In this document: one piece after another, positions 48,713-58,464 of the stretch
Position numbering within the stretch: the first letter of the stretch is position 1
Layout of the letters: every line of letters starts with the position of its first letter
Assembly (NCBI GenBank): GCA_035548175.1
Contig: DASZTO010000073.1
Coordinates: 581-64,580 of the forward strand
Source of the DNA: Phycisphaerae bacterium
GTDB lineage: Bacteria > Planctomycetota > Phycisphaerae > WQYP01
Direction of reading: 5' to 3'
DNA length: 64,000 bases
Program-made: the position numbers and the translations under genes
Notes under the pieces: generated by a model
Database searches by the model: none
Told to the model about the DNA's origin: nothing
The model's input: only the letters and a program-made list of their open reading frames with translations

Positions 48713-49354
48713 ATGTATCGCCACATCCCCAACCTCATCACGATCGCCCGGCTGGTGCTGACGGTCGTCTTTTTCGCCGTGCTCAACGTCAACGAGCGCG
48801 ACACCTTCACGCGGCAGATGTGGACCGGCTTCGGGGTGTTTCTCGTGGCCGTGGGCACCGATTTTCTGGACGGCTATCTGGCGCGGGCGTGGAAAGTCGA
48901 ATCCGCCTTCGGCCGCGTCGTCGATCCGTTCGTCGACAAAATTCTTATTTGCGGGGCGTTCATTTTCTTCTCGTCCAACCACTTCATCAGCGTCGCCGCC
49001 AAAGACCTTTTTCCCGACATCGAGGCCCATGGGCGGGCCGGCGAATCGCTGGGGACCGTCACCGGGGTCCTGCCCTGGATGGCCGTCGTGCTGATCGGCC
49101 GTGAGTTTCTCATCACCTCGATCCGCGGCCTCGCCGAATCGCGCGGCATCGACTTCCGCGCGGACTGGGCCGGTAAAATCAAAATGTTCACGCAAAGCTT
49201 CGCCGTCGGAGCGGTCATGGTGGACCTGGCGCTGCTTCAGAAAGTCGCGTGGGTGCATCTGGTCAGGGACATTTTCATCTGGGTGACCATCGTGGTGACG
49301 GTGCTCTCCGCGACGACTTACATTGTGCGGGCGCGCAAGATGCTCATGGAGTAG
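48713..49354 (+). CDS. pgsA: CDP-diacylglycerol--glycerol-3-phosphate 3-phosphatidyltransferase
   Basis: CDP-alcohol phosphatidyltransferase motif DFLDGYLARAWKVESAFGRVVDPFVDKI; ATG at 48713. Confidence 0.8.
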   Translation: MYRHIPNLITIARLVLTVVFFAVLNVNERDTFTRQMWTGFGVFLVAVGTDFLDGYLARAWKVESAFGRVVDPFVDKILICGAFIFFSSNHFISVAAKDLFPDIEAHGRAGESLGTVTGVLPWMAVVLIGREFLITSIRGLAESRGIDFRADWAGKIKMFTQSFAVGAVMVDLALLQKVAWVHLVRDIFIWVTIVVTVLSATTYIVRARKMLME

Positions 49355-49394
49355 CTCGTTGGGCCACAAATCGAACCAGGAACTGGCCCAGCGG

Positions 49395-49919
49395 GTGGCG
49401 TCGCTGGAAACTCCGCCGCAACGCTGGCCGCGGTGGATCGTCTCCGGCGGAGGCCCGGGATTTCTGCGGCCGGCGCCCGGATCGTGGGGCACCGCGGCTC
49501 CCGCGGCGGTGATGTGGATCCTGATGGCCAACGGCGCCCGCCAGGCGACGTGGACCGCCGTGCTGCTGGCGATCGGCGCGGTGGCTTCCCTCCTGCTGGT
49601 CATCTACGGCAAATGGGCCGCGGCGTACTACCGTGAACCCGATCCGGGCACCGTGGTGCTGGACGAATATGCGGGCTTTGCCGTCACCGCGCTGGTCGTT
49701 CCCGTGCCCCCCTGGTGCGCCGCGCATGGCGCCCCGGGAGCGTTCGCGTATGTCGCCGGCCTGTACATCCTCTTTCGCGCGACCGACACCCTCAAGCTGC
49801 CTCCGGCCAATTGGCTCGAACGCCTTCCCTGGGGTTGGGGCGTCCTGTGCGACGATCTGGCAGCCGGGGTCCAGGCGAACCTGATTGCGCAGGCGGTGGT
49901 GCGGCTGCTGTTGCGCTAG
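49395..49919 (+). CDS. pgpA: Phosphatidylglycerophosphatase A
   Basis: IVSGGGPGFLRPAPGSWGT is the PgpA signature. The start is uncertain: either the GTG at 49395 or the upstream TTG at 49323. Confidence 0.6.
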   Translation: MASLETPPQRWPRWIVSGGGPGFLRPAPGSWGTAAPAAVMWILMANGARQATWTAVLLAIGAVASLLLVIYGKWAAAYYREPDPGTVVLDEYAGFAVTALVVPVPPWCAAHGAPGAFAYVAGLYILFRATDTLKLPPANWLERLPWGWGVLCDDLAAGVQANLIAQAVVRLLLR

Positions 49920-50047
49920 GAATCGCCGCGGGCCCGCATTCATTCAGGCTTCATCTGCAAAAAGCATGAAGCGCCGCCCGCCGGACCGATAGACCCTCTT
50001 TCCGCTTTCGAGTACCTTCCCGCGTTTCGTTTTCGGGAGTTCCCCGC

Positions 50048-50914
50048 GTGCATGCGTATCTCCTCTCGCTGATCCTGGGCGTTATTGAAGGCATCACGGA
50101 ATTCCTGCCGGTGTCATCCACCGCGCACCTGCGCATTGCCGAAGCATTCGCCCGCATTGATTTCGAATCCGGCTACTGGCAGATGTATTCGATCGTTATC
50201 CAGCTTGGCGCGATCCTCTCGGTGCCCCTGCTTTTCCGCGACCGCATCGCCAAGTTCCTTCGCACGTTTCCCAACGGCGAGGCCGGCAACAAGACCTGGT
50301 GGAACCATCCTGTGTCGCTGGTGCTCATCGGCTTTCTGGTGACCGCCGGGCCCTGCTATCTGGCCGACAAGCTCATCGCGAAAAACCTCAACAACCTCAC
50401 GGTGATGGCCTCTTCCCTCATCGTCGGCGGGGTCATTATGTGGCTCGTCGATGCGCTCTTCACGCGGCCGACGGTCCAGCGGGTGGAGGAGATGAGCGTG
50501 ATTGATGCCGTGTGGATCGGCGCGGTGCAGATCCTGTCGGCGGTGTTTCCCGGCACGTCCCGCAGCATGTCGACCATCGCCGCCGGCCAGGTCTTCGGCC
50601 TGTCGCGCTCGGCGGCGCTCGAATACTCCTTCTTCCTGGCGATTCCCACCATGCTCGCGGCGACCGGCTACAAGTTTCTTCAGGCGATCGTGCATCGGCC
50701 CAAAACGACGGAGCAGATTGCCGCCTATCACGCCCCGGCGCATCAGTGGGTGGTCCTGGGCATCGGCTTCGTCGTGTCGTTTTTCGTGGCCTGGGCTGTC
50801 AACGCCTGGTTCGTCGCGTGGGTGCGCCGCCGGGGCTTTGTGCCCTTTGCCGTCTATCGCATCCTCTTCGGCATCGGCGTGCTCATCTGGATTTTCTCCG
50901 CCCGGCCTCAGTGA
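50048..50914 (+). CDS. uppP: Undecaprenyl-diphosphatase
   Basis: LGVIEGITEFLPVSSTAHL ... PGTSRSMST. GTG start at 50048. Confidence 0.85.
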   Translation: MHAYLLSLILGVIEGITEFLPVSSTAHLRIAEAFARIDFESGYWQMYSIVIQLGAILSVPLLFRDRIAKFLRTFPNGEAGNKTWWNHPVSLVLIGFLVTAGPCYLADKLIAKNLNNLTVMASSLIVGGVIMWLVDALFTRPTVQRVEEMSVIDAVWIGAVQILSAVFPGTSRSMSTIAAGQVFGLSRSAALEYSFFLAIPTMLAATGYKFLQAIVHRPKTTEQIAAYHAPAHQWVVLGIGFVVSFFVAWAVNAWFVAWVRRRGFVPFAVYRILFGIGVLIWIFSARPQ

Positions 50915-51558
50915 GAGATGGGGGAATCCGCGGCGGAGCCCCCGGTCGCCTCCGGACGCGGGCGCCTCATGTGCAGCCAGAACCACGCGACCACCACCAC
51001 CACCAGAGACGCCGCCACCGACACGTCAATCGGCGTGCGATACTTCAGCACCGTCTCCCACTGGCTTTCAAGCTTCCATCCGATCCACAGCAGGAAGCTG
51101 TTCCACAGGGTCGCGCCCACGACCGTGTACAGCATGAACTTCACGATGTTCATGCGCGCCGTGCCCGCGGGAATCGAGATGAAGTGCCGCACCACCGGGA
51201 TGAAGCGGCTGAGGAACACCGTGCCGCCCCCCCACCGGTGGAACCAGCGTTCGGTCAGCTCGAGGTGATGCTGGTTCAAAAAGACCCACCGGCCGGCCTT
51301 GAGCACGAGCGGTTTGCCGCCGAAATAGCCGGCGTAGTAGGAAATCAGGGATCCCACCAGGCTGCCCAGCGAGGTGATGGCCATGGCCGGTCCCAGGGCG
51401 AAACGGCCCTGATGGACGAGCATGCCCACGGGCGGCATCACCAGCTCGGAGGGCACGGGCAGGATCATGCTTTCCAGGGCCATCAGCCCCGCGGCGCCGC
51501 TGTATCCAAAGTGATCGATCGTCCAGAGCGCCAGATCGCGCAGATGTTCAACAGCCAT
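50908..51558 (-). CDS. DedA-family membrane protein
   Basis: LESMILPVPSELVMPPVGML ... VFLSRFIPVVRHFISIPAG. GAGGG SD before the ATG at 51558. Convergent 7-nt overlap with uppP. Confidence 0.7.
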   Translation of the reverse strand: MAVEHLRDLALWTIDHFGYSGAAGLMALESMILPVPSELVMPPVGMLVHQGRFALGPAMAITSLGSLVGSLISYYAGYFGGKPLVLKAGRWVFLNQHHLELTERWFHRWGGGTVFLSRFIPVVRHFISIPAGTARMNIVKFMLYTVVGATLWNSFLLWIGWKLESQWETVLKYRTPIDVSVAASLVVVVVAWFWLHMRRPRPEATGGSAADSPISH

Positions 51559-51713
51559 AGTTGCCCTCGTTTTGGGAAGGGGCACTATAGCAGGCCGGGG
51601 GTGCGATTGCAGGGGAGCGCCATCGGTGGAAATGCGGAGCCGATTGCCAAGCGGGGTGCGTCCCTTACAATTTCAGCCGTTCACCCCACCGCATCATTTC
51701 CGGGAGGCCCTCG

Positions 51714-52838
51714 ATGGGCAAACGCGTGCTGATCCTGTCCGCATCCGCCGGCGCCGGACACGTGCGGGCCGCCGAAGCGCTGCTCAAAGATTTTCAGCGG
51801 CATCCGGCGGTGGATGATGTGCAACACTGGGACATCCTCAAATACACCAACGCCGTGTTTCGCACCATCTATTCGCGCGTGTATCTCGACCTCGTCAATC
51901 GCGCGCCCTGGCTCCTGGGAATGGTCTACAAGCACACCGACAAGCCCTGGAAGGAGGGCGCGGCCCAGGCCTTTGAAAAATTCAACGCGCGGCCCTTCAT
52001 CAAGGCGCTCACTCACTATCAGCCCGACCTCGTCGTCTGCACGCACTTCACGCCGCCCAATATCATTTCCTGGCTCAACGCCCGCAAAAAACTGAAGCTC
52101 GATCCGGCGATCGTCGTGACCGATCTCGACTGCCACGCCATGTGGCTCACGCGCTCCTACTCCCATTACTTCGTATCCCTCCCCGAAACCCAGATGTACC
52201 TCGAACGCATGGGCATCGACCACGACAAAATCTCCGTCAGCGGGATTCCCGTCGATCCCGTCTTCCGCGAAGTCAAGGACAAGGCGGCCGCGAGGCGGAC
52301 GCTCGGCCTGCGCGACGGCGTGTTCACCGTCCTGGTTTCGGCCGGCGGATTCGGCGTCGGACCTGTCGAAATTCTCATCCACGAGCTGCTCTCGATGAAG
52401 CTGCCGGCGCAGGTCGTCGCGATCGCCGGACGCAGCGACGAGCTCAAGGCCAAGCTCGAACGACTCGCCAAAAAATCCGATCCGCAGACGCGCGTCACGA
52501 TTCATCCGGTCGGCTTTACCAAACAGATGGACGAGTACATGGCGGCCTCCGATATCCTGATCTCCAAGCCCGGCGGTCTGACCACCAGCGAGGCGATGGC
52601 CCGCGGCCTGCCCATGTGCGTCGTCAATCCGATCCCCGGACAGGAGGAGCGCAACAGCGATCATCTGCTGGAGGCCGGCGTCGCCATCAAGTGCAACAAT
52701 CCGCCCACTCTGGCCTGGAAGCTCGAACGCCTTGCCGAGGACACCGAACGCCTCCACGACATGCGCCGGCGCGCCGCGGCTTTCGGCCGCCCGCGGGCCG
52801 GAGAGGAAATCGTCGCCCGCCTGCTCGGACACGTCTGA
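51714..52838 (+). CDS. Monoglycosyldiacylglycerol synthase-like glycosyltransferase (GT28, MGD/UgtP family)
   Basis: N-terminal domain KRVLILSASAGAGHVRAAEAL; C-terminal GT-B motif ISKPGGLTTSEAMARGLPM; GGGAGG SD. Confidence 0.7.
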   Translation: MGKRVLILSASAGAGHVRAAEALLKDFQRHPAVDDVQHWDILKYTNAVFRTIYSRVYLDLVNRAPWLLGMVYKHTDKPWKEGAAQAFEKFNARPFIKALTHYQPDLVVCTHFTPPNIISWLNARKKLKLDPAIVVTDLDCHAMWLTRSYSHYFVSLPETQMYLERMGIDHDKISVSGIPVDPVFREVKDKAAARRTLGLRDGVFTVLVSAGGFGVGPVEILIHELLSMKLPAQVVAIAGRSDELKAKLERLAKKSDPQTRVTIHPVGFTKQMDEYMAASDILISKPGGLTTSEAMARGLPMCVVNPIPGQEERNSDHLLEAGVAIKCNNPPTLAWKLERLAEDTERLHDMRRRAAAFGRPRAGEEIVARLLGHV

Positions 52839-52881
52839 CCGCCCGAACATCCCCCGCCGCGCCCCTTTCAGGAGTACCCCC

Positions 52882-53286
52882 ATGGGACAGTTCATCATGC
52901 GCCAAGTCAGCCAGACGGCTCTGGAAATGCAGGGCGGCCACCCGCAAAACCCCTGGACGGTGCGCCTCGATGTCCCCGGCGATTCCACCACCGCCAGCGG
53001 CCCAACGCCCACGCAGCTTTTCGCCTGCGCGCTCGCCGGTTGCAAGGCCGTCGCGGCCATGCGTTACGCGGCGCGCAAGCAGGCCGCGCTTCGTGGCGTG
53101 ATTGCGGAAGTTTCTTACGAAACTGCCGACAATCCGCGGCGCATTTCGACAATCAATATCCGCTTCAAAGGCGTCAAAGAGCAAGTCGACAACGAAACGC
53201 TCACGCGCGTCATCGCCGCCATGGAAGCCTGCACCATTTCCAACACGCTCAAGATTCCTCCGGTGGTAAAAATACACATGGAATAG
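52882..53286 (+). CDS. OsmC/Ohr-family peroxiredoxin
   Basis: Conserved Cys pair (FACALAGC ... MEACTISN); 134 aa; AGGAG SD. Confidence 0.8.
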   Translation: MGQFIMRQVSQTALEMQGGHPQNPWTVRLDVPGDSTTASGPTPTQLFACALAGCKAVAAMRYAARKQAALRGVIAEVSYETADNPRRISTINIRFKGVKEQVDNETLTRVIAAMEACTISNTLKIPPVVKIHME

Positions 53287-53387
53287 TGCTTTTTTGTTTG
53301 TATTACCCTGCAGCGGCGCGTTAAGTTGCGGCGATACCAGAGGGGGGGCCATGTCTTGCTCTGGTAGCGATACAACTTGGAGGCCGT

Positions 53388-53894
53388 ATGCAGCCGCGAC
53401 TGTCGCTGTGTGCTTCATGCCTGGTGCTTTTCGCCCTGCCGGCTTTTTCCGGTTGCGGAAGAAGTCTCTCCCGTTCTCCCACCATCCGATTTGGTCCCCA
53501 GCAAGACGATACCCGCCGTCGCCTCGGCCTGCCCACCGTCGATTCCCATTGGATCGCCACCACCTTCAACAACAGCGTCCTCTGGAGCGCGCCCGAAGAA
53601 GTCCGCGACGGTCCCCCCATGCACTTCAGCAAAATCGTGACCTACGACGGGACCCACCTCATCGAGGAATCCGATTTCTATTCCAACGGCAAATCCTTCG
53701 AGGTGCGCACTCCCGGCCGACCGCCCGAGCGCCGCACCGTCGATGTCGTCGTTCAGTTCAACTACGAACGGGCGGCGGCGGGCCAATCGCCGTGGAGCTG
53801 CGCCCTCTGCCAAAGCGCGACGGACGAGGAAATCAGCCTGCCGCAGGCGGAGAAGGTGCTCGCTTCCTGGGGACTTCAGCGTCTCAACTACTGA
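53388..53894 (+). CDS. Lipoprotein of unknown function
   Basis: MQPRLSLCASCLVLFALPAFSGCG lipobox; GGAGG SD. Confidence 0.5.
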   Translation: MQPRLSLCASCLVLFALPAFSGCGRSLSRSPTIRFGPQQDDTRRRLGLPTVDSHWIATTFNNSVLWSAPEEVRDGPPMHFSKIVTYDGTHLIEESDFYSNGKSFEVRTPGRPPERRTVDVVVQFNYERAAAGQSPWSCALCQSATDEEISLPQAEKVLASWGLQRLNY

Positions 53895-54163
53895 GTCGCG
53901 TGCTCCAGCCCCGACCCCACTTCCGCCCTCCGCCGCGCCTGCTCCCCCGACATCTCCTTGCAGCGGCACTGCCACGCGGCGGCCAGCACCAGATGCCGCA
54001 GCCGCTCCGTGTCGCACGCCTTCAGAAACGCCTCGGAAAAATCGAGCGGAAATCCCGGATGCAGTTCCCCCAGGCGACGCAGCAACGCCTCCCGCCCCAG
54101 CGGCGCCAATTCGACGATCAGCGATTCGTAGACCTCGGCGGTGCTCACGGCCGCGCCTCGCAA
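53888..54163 (-). CDS. Hypothetical protein (weak call; TTG or GTG start)
   Basis: 91-aa ORF downstream of and co-oriented with 54201..54506. No ATG start and no recognisable domain. Confidence 0.25.
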   Translation of the reverse strand: MRGAAVSTAEVYESLIVELAPLGREALLRRLGELHPGFPLDFSEAFLKACDTERLRHLVLAAAWQCRCKEMSGEQARRRAEVGSGLEHATQ

Positions 54164-54200
54164 CTGGCCGGCCGCCCCTTCACCCCGCGCGATGCCCGCG

Positions 54201-54506
54201 CTATCCCAGGTGATTCAAAGCGCCCGACCAGAAGGAGCTATCGGCGAATTGCGGCACGCGCTTGGCCGCGGTTTTGCCGTTGCGATTTATCGGGCGATAT
54301 GACCAGTGAAACGCCGCGGGGGCCAGCAGCACATCCCGCCGCGCCCCACCCTGTGGCCGTTCGGGCGCCTGAGGCGGCGGCCGATAGCGACCCGACCCGG
54401 GCGCATCCGACGACGCGCTGCCGCTCGTTTCCACGCTCCGCGACCGCGAAAGCACCCGCGCGAACTGCACCGCCGTCATCGCTGTGTTGACACCTTCGAT
54501 CGCCAT
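54201..54506 (-). CDS. Hypothetical basic protein, 101 aa
   Basis: GGAGG lies 8 nt upstream of the ATG at 54506. Composition is basic and Ser/Arg-rich; no known family. Confidence 0.35.
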   Translation of the reverse strand: MAIEGVNTAMTAVQFARVLSRSRSVETSGSASSDAPGSGRYRPPPQAPERPQGGARRDVLLAPAAFHWSYRPINRNGKTAAKRVPQFADSSFWSGALNHLG

Positions 54507-54630
54507 GGCGGATATTCCTCCACCAGGCCCTGTTGCAAAGCCCATGGCAGGCGAGGCGGCCGCGAAAAATAGCGCGCAACCTCCCGAAGCACTGGTATTT
54601 GCCGTCGATCCATGAACACACGGTTTGTAA

Positions 54631-54708
54631 CGGTTGTAGCGATGTCCCAGAAAACCAGACCCAACGTCATCGCAGGCCGTGGCTTGTTTTCCACAGCCGC
54701 TACAACCG
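54631..54708. promoter_or_regulatory. 11-bp perfect inverted repeat (CGGTTGTAGCG / CGCTACAACCG) enclosing a 56-nt loop in the queA divergent promoter region
   Basis: Arms at 54631-54641 and 54698-54708, 65-140 nt upstream of queA. The region has no ORF and is moderately AT-enriched. Confidence 0.35.
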
Positions 54709-54772
54709 CTTCGCTCCGCACACGCCCGACTAATCCTGCGGCCCGCGCGCACGCTCCGGCTCGAGGCCGCCC

Positions 54773-55852
54773 ATGCGCATGAGCGAACTCGATTACCACC
54801 TCCCGCCCAACCTCATCGCCGCCCACCCCGTCGAACCGCGCGATCAGAGCCGCCTGATGGTGCTCCACCGCGCCGCCGACCGCCTCGAGCATCGCCGATT
54901 CGCCGACCTTCCTGATTACCTGCTTCCCACCGACTTGCTCGTCGTCAACGACACGCGCGTTCTGCCCGCAAAGCTCGAGCTGCGAAAAACCACCGGCGCC
55001 GCCATCCCGGGACTCTTCGTCCGAGAACGCGCCGCCGGGCAATGGGAGGTCCTCCTCCGCAGCCGCGGCAAAGTCCATCCCGGCGACCAGCTCCTCCCCG
55101 CCGGCGCGGGACCATCCCCCTACCGCTTTCTCCTGGATGAGCGTCTGCCCCGCGAAAAAGGCATGTGGCTTGTGACCGTCTCGCCGCCTGATCCCGCCCG
55201 GGAGATTCTCGCGCACATCGGCCGCGTCCCACTGCCGCCCTACATCGAAAAGATGCGCCGCCACGCGCCCGAAGATGATGAAGCGCTCGACCGCCGGAGT
55301 TATCAGACCGTCTACGCCCGGCAGGGCGCCAGCCTCGCAGCCCCCACCGCAGGACTGCACTTCACGCCCGGGCTCCTCGAACGCCTCGACGCCCTCGGCG
55401 TGCGCCGCGCGGCGGTCGAACTCGATGTCGGCCTCGGAACTTTCCTGCCCGTGGAAGCCGACACCATGGAAGCTCACCGCATGCACACCGAAACCTATGC
55501 CGTGCCCGGCGAAACCGTTCACGCCCTGCGCGCGCAGCGGGCGGCGGGTGGACGCATCGTCGTCGTGGGCACCACCGCCGTGCGCACCCTTGAAACCACC
55601 GCCCCGGAAATCCTCGCCCCCGACCCGCCACCCACCGATCTCCGCGGCGCCACGGACCTCAAAATCATGCCCGGCTTCCAGTTCCGCCTCACCGACGCAC
55701 TCATCACCAATTTCCACCTCCCGCGCAGCACCCTCATGGCCCTCGTCGCCGCCCTCATCGGCCTCGACCGCCTCCACACGCTCTATCGCCTCGCCATCCG
55801 CGAAAACTACCGCTTCTACTCCTACGGCGACGCCATGCTCATCCTGCCGTAG
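54773..55852 (+). CDS. queA: S-adenosylmethionine:tRNA ribosyltransferase-isomerase
   Basis: MSELDYHLPPNLIAAHP...VVNDTRVLPA...GTTAVRTLE...ITNFHLPRSTL; 359 aa. Confidence 0.9.
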   Translation: MRMSELDYHLPPNLIAAHPVEPRDQSRLMVLHRAADRLEHRRFADLPDYLLPTDLLVVNDTRVLPAKLELRKTTGAAIPGLFVRERAAGQWEVLLRSRGKVHPGDQLLPAGAGPSPYRFLLDERLPREKGMWLVTVSPPDPAREILAHIGRVPLPPYIEKMRRHAPEDDEALDRRSYQTVYARQGASLAAPTAGLHFTPGLLERLDALGVRRAAVELDVGLGTFLPVEADTMEAHRMHTETYAVPGETVHALRAQRAAGGRIVVVGTTAVRTLETTAPEILAPDPPPTDLRGATDLKIMPGFQFRLTDALITNFHLPRSTLMALVAALIGLDRLHTLYRLAIRENYRFYSYGDAMLILP

Positions 55853-55874
55853 GTCCCCCCGCTCCGCGCCGCCC

Positions 55875-56447
55875 TCAATACTTCGGCTCCCACCGATGGG
55901 CATAAAACAGCGAGTCCGCGGCGCGCGGCCCGATCATGTGCACGCTCAGCGCCTGATCCAGCCCGTGCGCCCGGTACAACGACAGCAGATGCGCCGCCGC
56001 CGCCACCTGCGCCGCTATGTTCGCATCGATCGCCGACGACGCATGCGCCGCCAGCAGCGCCTGCCGCGCGTAACTCCACCGCGGCTCCAGACGCACCAGC
56101 AGGTTGTGCTCCGACCAGTCGATCGGATACCCCAGCACCGGCCCGCTGCGCGCGTAAGGGGCATAAAACCAGAAGCACAAATAGCGATCCTTCACCACCG
56201 CCCCGCCCGCTTCCGCCGCCTCCCGCGACATCTTCACCCCCGCAAAAAGCTCCGCATGATGCAGCTCTATCGCCGGCCGCGACAGATCGTTCCGCGCCGC
56301 ATACGCCTTCCGACGCCGCACGTCATACAGCCCGATATGCGAAAAAGCCGCCGGCAAACGCATCAGCACCCGCCCCGCATCCACCTCCGCCGTTTTCGCT
56401 CGTGCGCCCATAACGGGCCACGAGTGTACAAGCCCGCCAGCCCCCAC
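55875..56447 (-). CDS. Hypothetical protein
   Basis: 190-aa ORF with coding-like composition; no recognised motif. It is convergent with queA. Confidence 0.35.
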   Translation of the reverse strand: MGAGGLVHSWPVMGARAKTAEVDAGRVLMRLPAAFSHIGLYDVRRRKAYAARNDLSRPAIELHHAELFAGVKMSREAAEAGGAVVKDRYLCFWFYAPYARSGPVLGYPIDWSEHNLLVRLEPRWSYARQALLAAHASSAIDANIAAQVAAAAHLLSLYRAHGLDQALSVHMIGPRAADSLFYAHRWEPKY

Positions 56448-56514
56448 GCGAATGCATGCTTCGCAATCCCACGGCGTTTATCCCTCACACCTCTTTGCTC
56501 AGGAGCTTCGCCTC

Positions 56515-58374
56515 ATGAAAATGCCTTCCTCCTCAATCCTCCTCGCCGCCGCCGCCTGCCTCGCCGCCCTGCCCAGCGCCCGCGCCGCCGATCCCGTCCA
56601 GCTTCTCATGAACGGCCAGCCCGCCAAAACCGGCGATTTCAAATGCGACGACATCAAGTCCCTGGTCATCTCCAACGGCCTTGTCTCGCTGACCTTCGGC
56701 AAGGATTCCCTCGGCGATTTCAGCGCCACCTCCGTCAAAAAAGGCGATGAGGAACTCGGCCATAATCTCAACGGCGTCAACCCGCGCGATGTCGACCGCC
56801 TCCGCACCTTCTACTACGAATACGGCGCCAGCCAGGGACGCCTCTGGGCCACCCAAATCAAAATCATCAAGGCCGCCCCCGATTTCGTTCACTTCGCCGT
56901 CATCGACGACGGCGCCAGCGCCGACGCCGGCTACTCCGACAAACCCGCCAACGCCCCCGGCCTCCAGGGACGCGGCCGCGGTCGCCTCGCCCTCGAAGAG
57001 CACTTCGTCATGCTCCCCGGCGTCAGCGGCATCTATTCCTACGCCATCGTCAACACCCCCAACGCCGGCGGCGAGATGCGCACCATGTACCGCTTCGACC
57101 GCTCCATCCTCGATCACGCCTGGACCGTCGAACACGTCGGCGTCCAGCCCACTTACGCCGCCCTCGAACAAATGCCCAAGCTCCAGGATGAAACCTGGCA
57201 GCTCCCCGATGGCGCCATCTATCAGAAATACGACTACGTCGCCTACTTCAGCGAGTCACCCATGTGGGGCCACTTCGGCCACGGTTACGGCGCATGGTTC
57301 ATCCCCGTCTCCACCGAGTATTACGCCGGCGGCCCCTACCGCGAAGAACTCATCGTCCACCAGGACGCACTCATCCTCAACTACCTCGGAGGCGGACACT
57401 TCGGCGGCGGCGGCGCGGCCACGACCGGCAAACCCAAAATGTTCGGACCCTGGCTCGTCTACCTCAACAACGCCCCCACCGAAGACGCCCTCGTCGCCGA
57501 CGCCAAACGTCAGGCCTCCGACGAACAAGCCAAGTGGCCCTATCAGTGGGTCAATGAGCCCCTCTATCCCACCCAGCGCACCACCGTCACCGGCAAACTC
57601 CACCTCGCCGACCCCGGTCCGCACCAGACCGCCGCCAACGCCTGGGTCTGCCTCGCCAAACCCGGCGACGATGTCTACCGCCAGAGCGGCGACTTCATCT
57701 TCTACACCAAGGCCGACCAAAACGGGAATTTCTCCCTCCCCCACGTCCGCGCCGGCACCTACGCCCTCTACGCCTGGCCGCGCGAAGGAGCCATCACCGA
57801 CGAACTCGAACAAGACGGCATCACCGTCAAGGAGGGCCAAGGCGCCATGGACCTCGGAACCGTCGACTGGAAAACCACCAGACACAACCAGTTCCTCTGG
57901 CAGATCGGAAAATCCGACGGCCTCGCCGAGGAATTCAAATTCGGCGACCAGCCCCGCAACGTCAAATGGATCGAACAGGTCCCCGCCGATCTCACCTTCA
58001 CCATCGGCAAAAGCAAAGACGCCGACGACTGGTATTTCGCCCAGGGCAAGGTCGGTCACTGGGACATCAACTTCGACGTCAACAAACCCGTCGGGGCCAA
58101 CGCCTACCTCACCATCGCCATCGCCGGCGGCGGCGGCGGACCACGCATGCAGGCACAGGTCAATGGCCAGAACGTCGGCCAACCCATCGCCCCGCCCAAC
58201 GACTCCGCCACCTACCGCTCCTCCAACCGCTCCGGCGTCTACCACCTTCAGACCATCACCTTCCCCGGAAACCTTCTCAAACAAGGCGCTAACACCGTCC
58301 GCCTCGACATGACCGCCAACGGCGGCCGCTGGCACGGCCTCATGTACGACACCATCATCCTCGAAGCAGACTGA
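56515..58374 (+). CDS. Rhamnogalacturonan lyase-like protein (polysaccharide lyase family 4 architecture), secreted
   Basis: Signal peptide MKMPSSSILLAAAACLAALPSARA; AGGAG SD. The three-domain beta-sandwich layout and the C-terminal NTVRLDMTANGGRWHGLMYDTIILE resemble PL4 RG lyases. Confidence 0.6.
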   Translation: MKMPSSSILLAAAACLAALPSARAADPVQLLMNGQPAKTGDFKCDDIKSLVISNGLVSLTFGKDSLGDFSATSVKKGDEELGHNLNGVNPRDVDRLRTFYYEYGASQGRLWATQIKIIKAAPDFVHFAVIDDGASADAGYSDKPANAPGLQGRGRGRLALEEHFVMLPGVSGIYSYAIVNTPNAGGEMRTMYRFDRSILDHAWTVEHVGVQPTYAALEQMPKLQDETWQLPDGAIYQKYDYVAYFSESPMWGHFGHGYGAWFIPVSTEYYAGGPYREELIVHQDALILNYLGGGHFGGGGAATTGKPKMFGPWLVYLNNAPTEDALVADAKRQASDEQAKWPYQWVNEPLYPTQRTTVTGKLHLADPGPHQTAANAWVCLAKPGDDVYRQSGDFIFYTKADQNGNFSLPHVRAGTYALYAWPREGAITDELEQDGITVKEGQGAMDLGTVDWKTTRHNQFLWQIGKSDGLAEEFKFGDQPRNVKWIEQVPADLTFTIGKSKDADDWYFAQGKVGHWDINFDVNKPVGANAYLTIAIAGGGGGPRMQAQVNGQNVGQPIAPPNDSATYRSSNRSGVYHLQTITFPGNLLKQGANTVRLDMTANGGRWHGLMYDTIILEAD

Positions 58375-58377
58375 AAG

Positions 58378-58462
58378 CCATTGCCCATTGCCAAATTGCC
58401 CATTGCCAATTGACGGGACGCTCCCTTCTCAATTGGCAATCGGCAATCGGCAATCGGCAATT
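58378..58462. terminator. Composite inverted repeat built from ATTGCC / GGCAAT hexamer arrays between convergent genes; bidirectional terminator candidate
   Basis: GCCATTGCCCATTGCCAAATTGCCCATTGCCAATTG ... CAATTGGCAATCGGCAATCGGCAATCGGCAATT. It sits exactly between the stop at 58374 (+) and the stop at 58465 (-). Confidence 0.55.
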
Positions 58463-58464
58463 CC

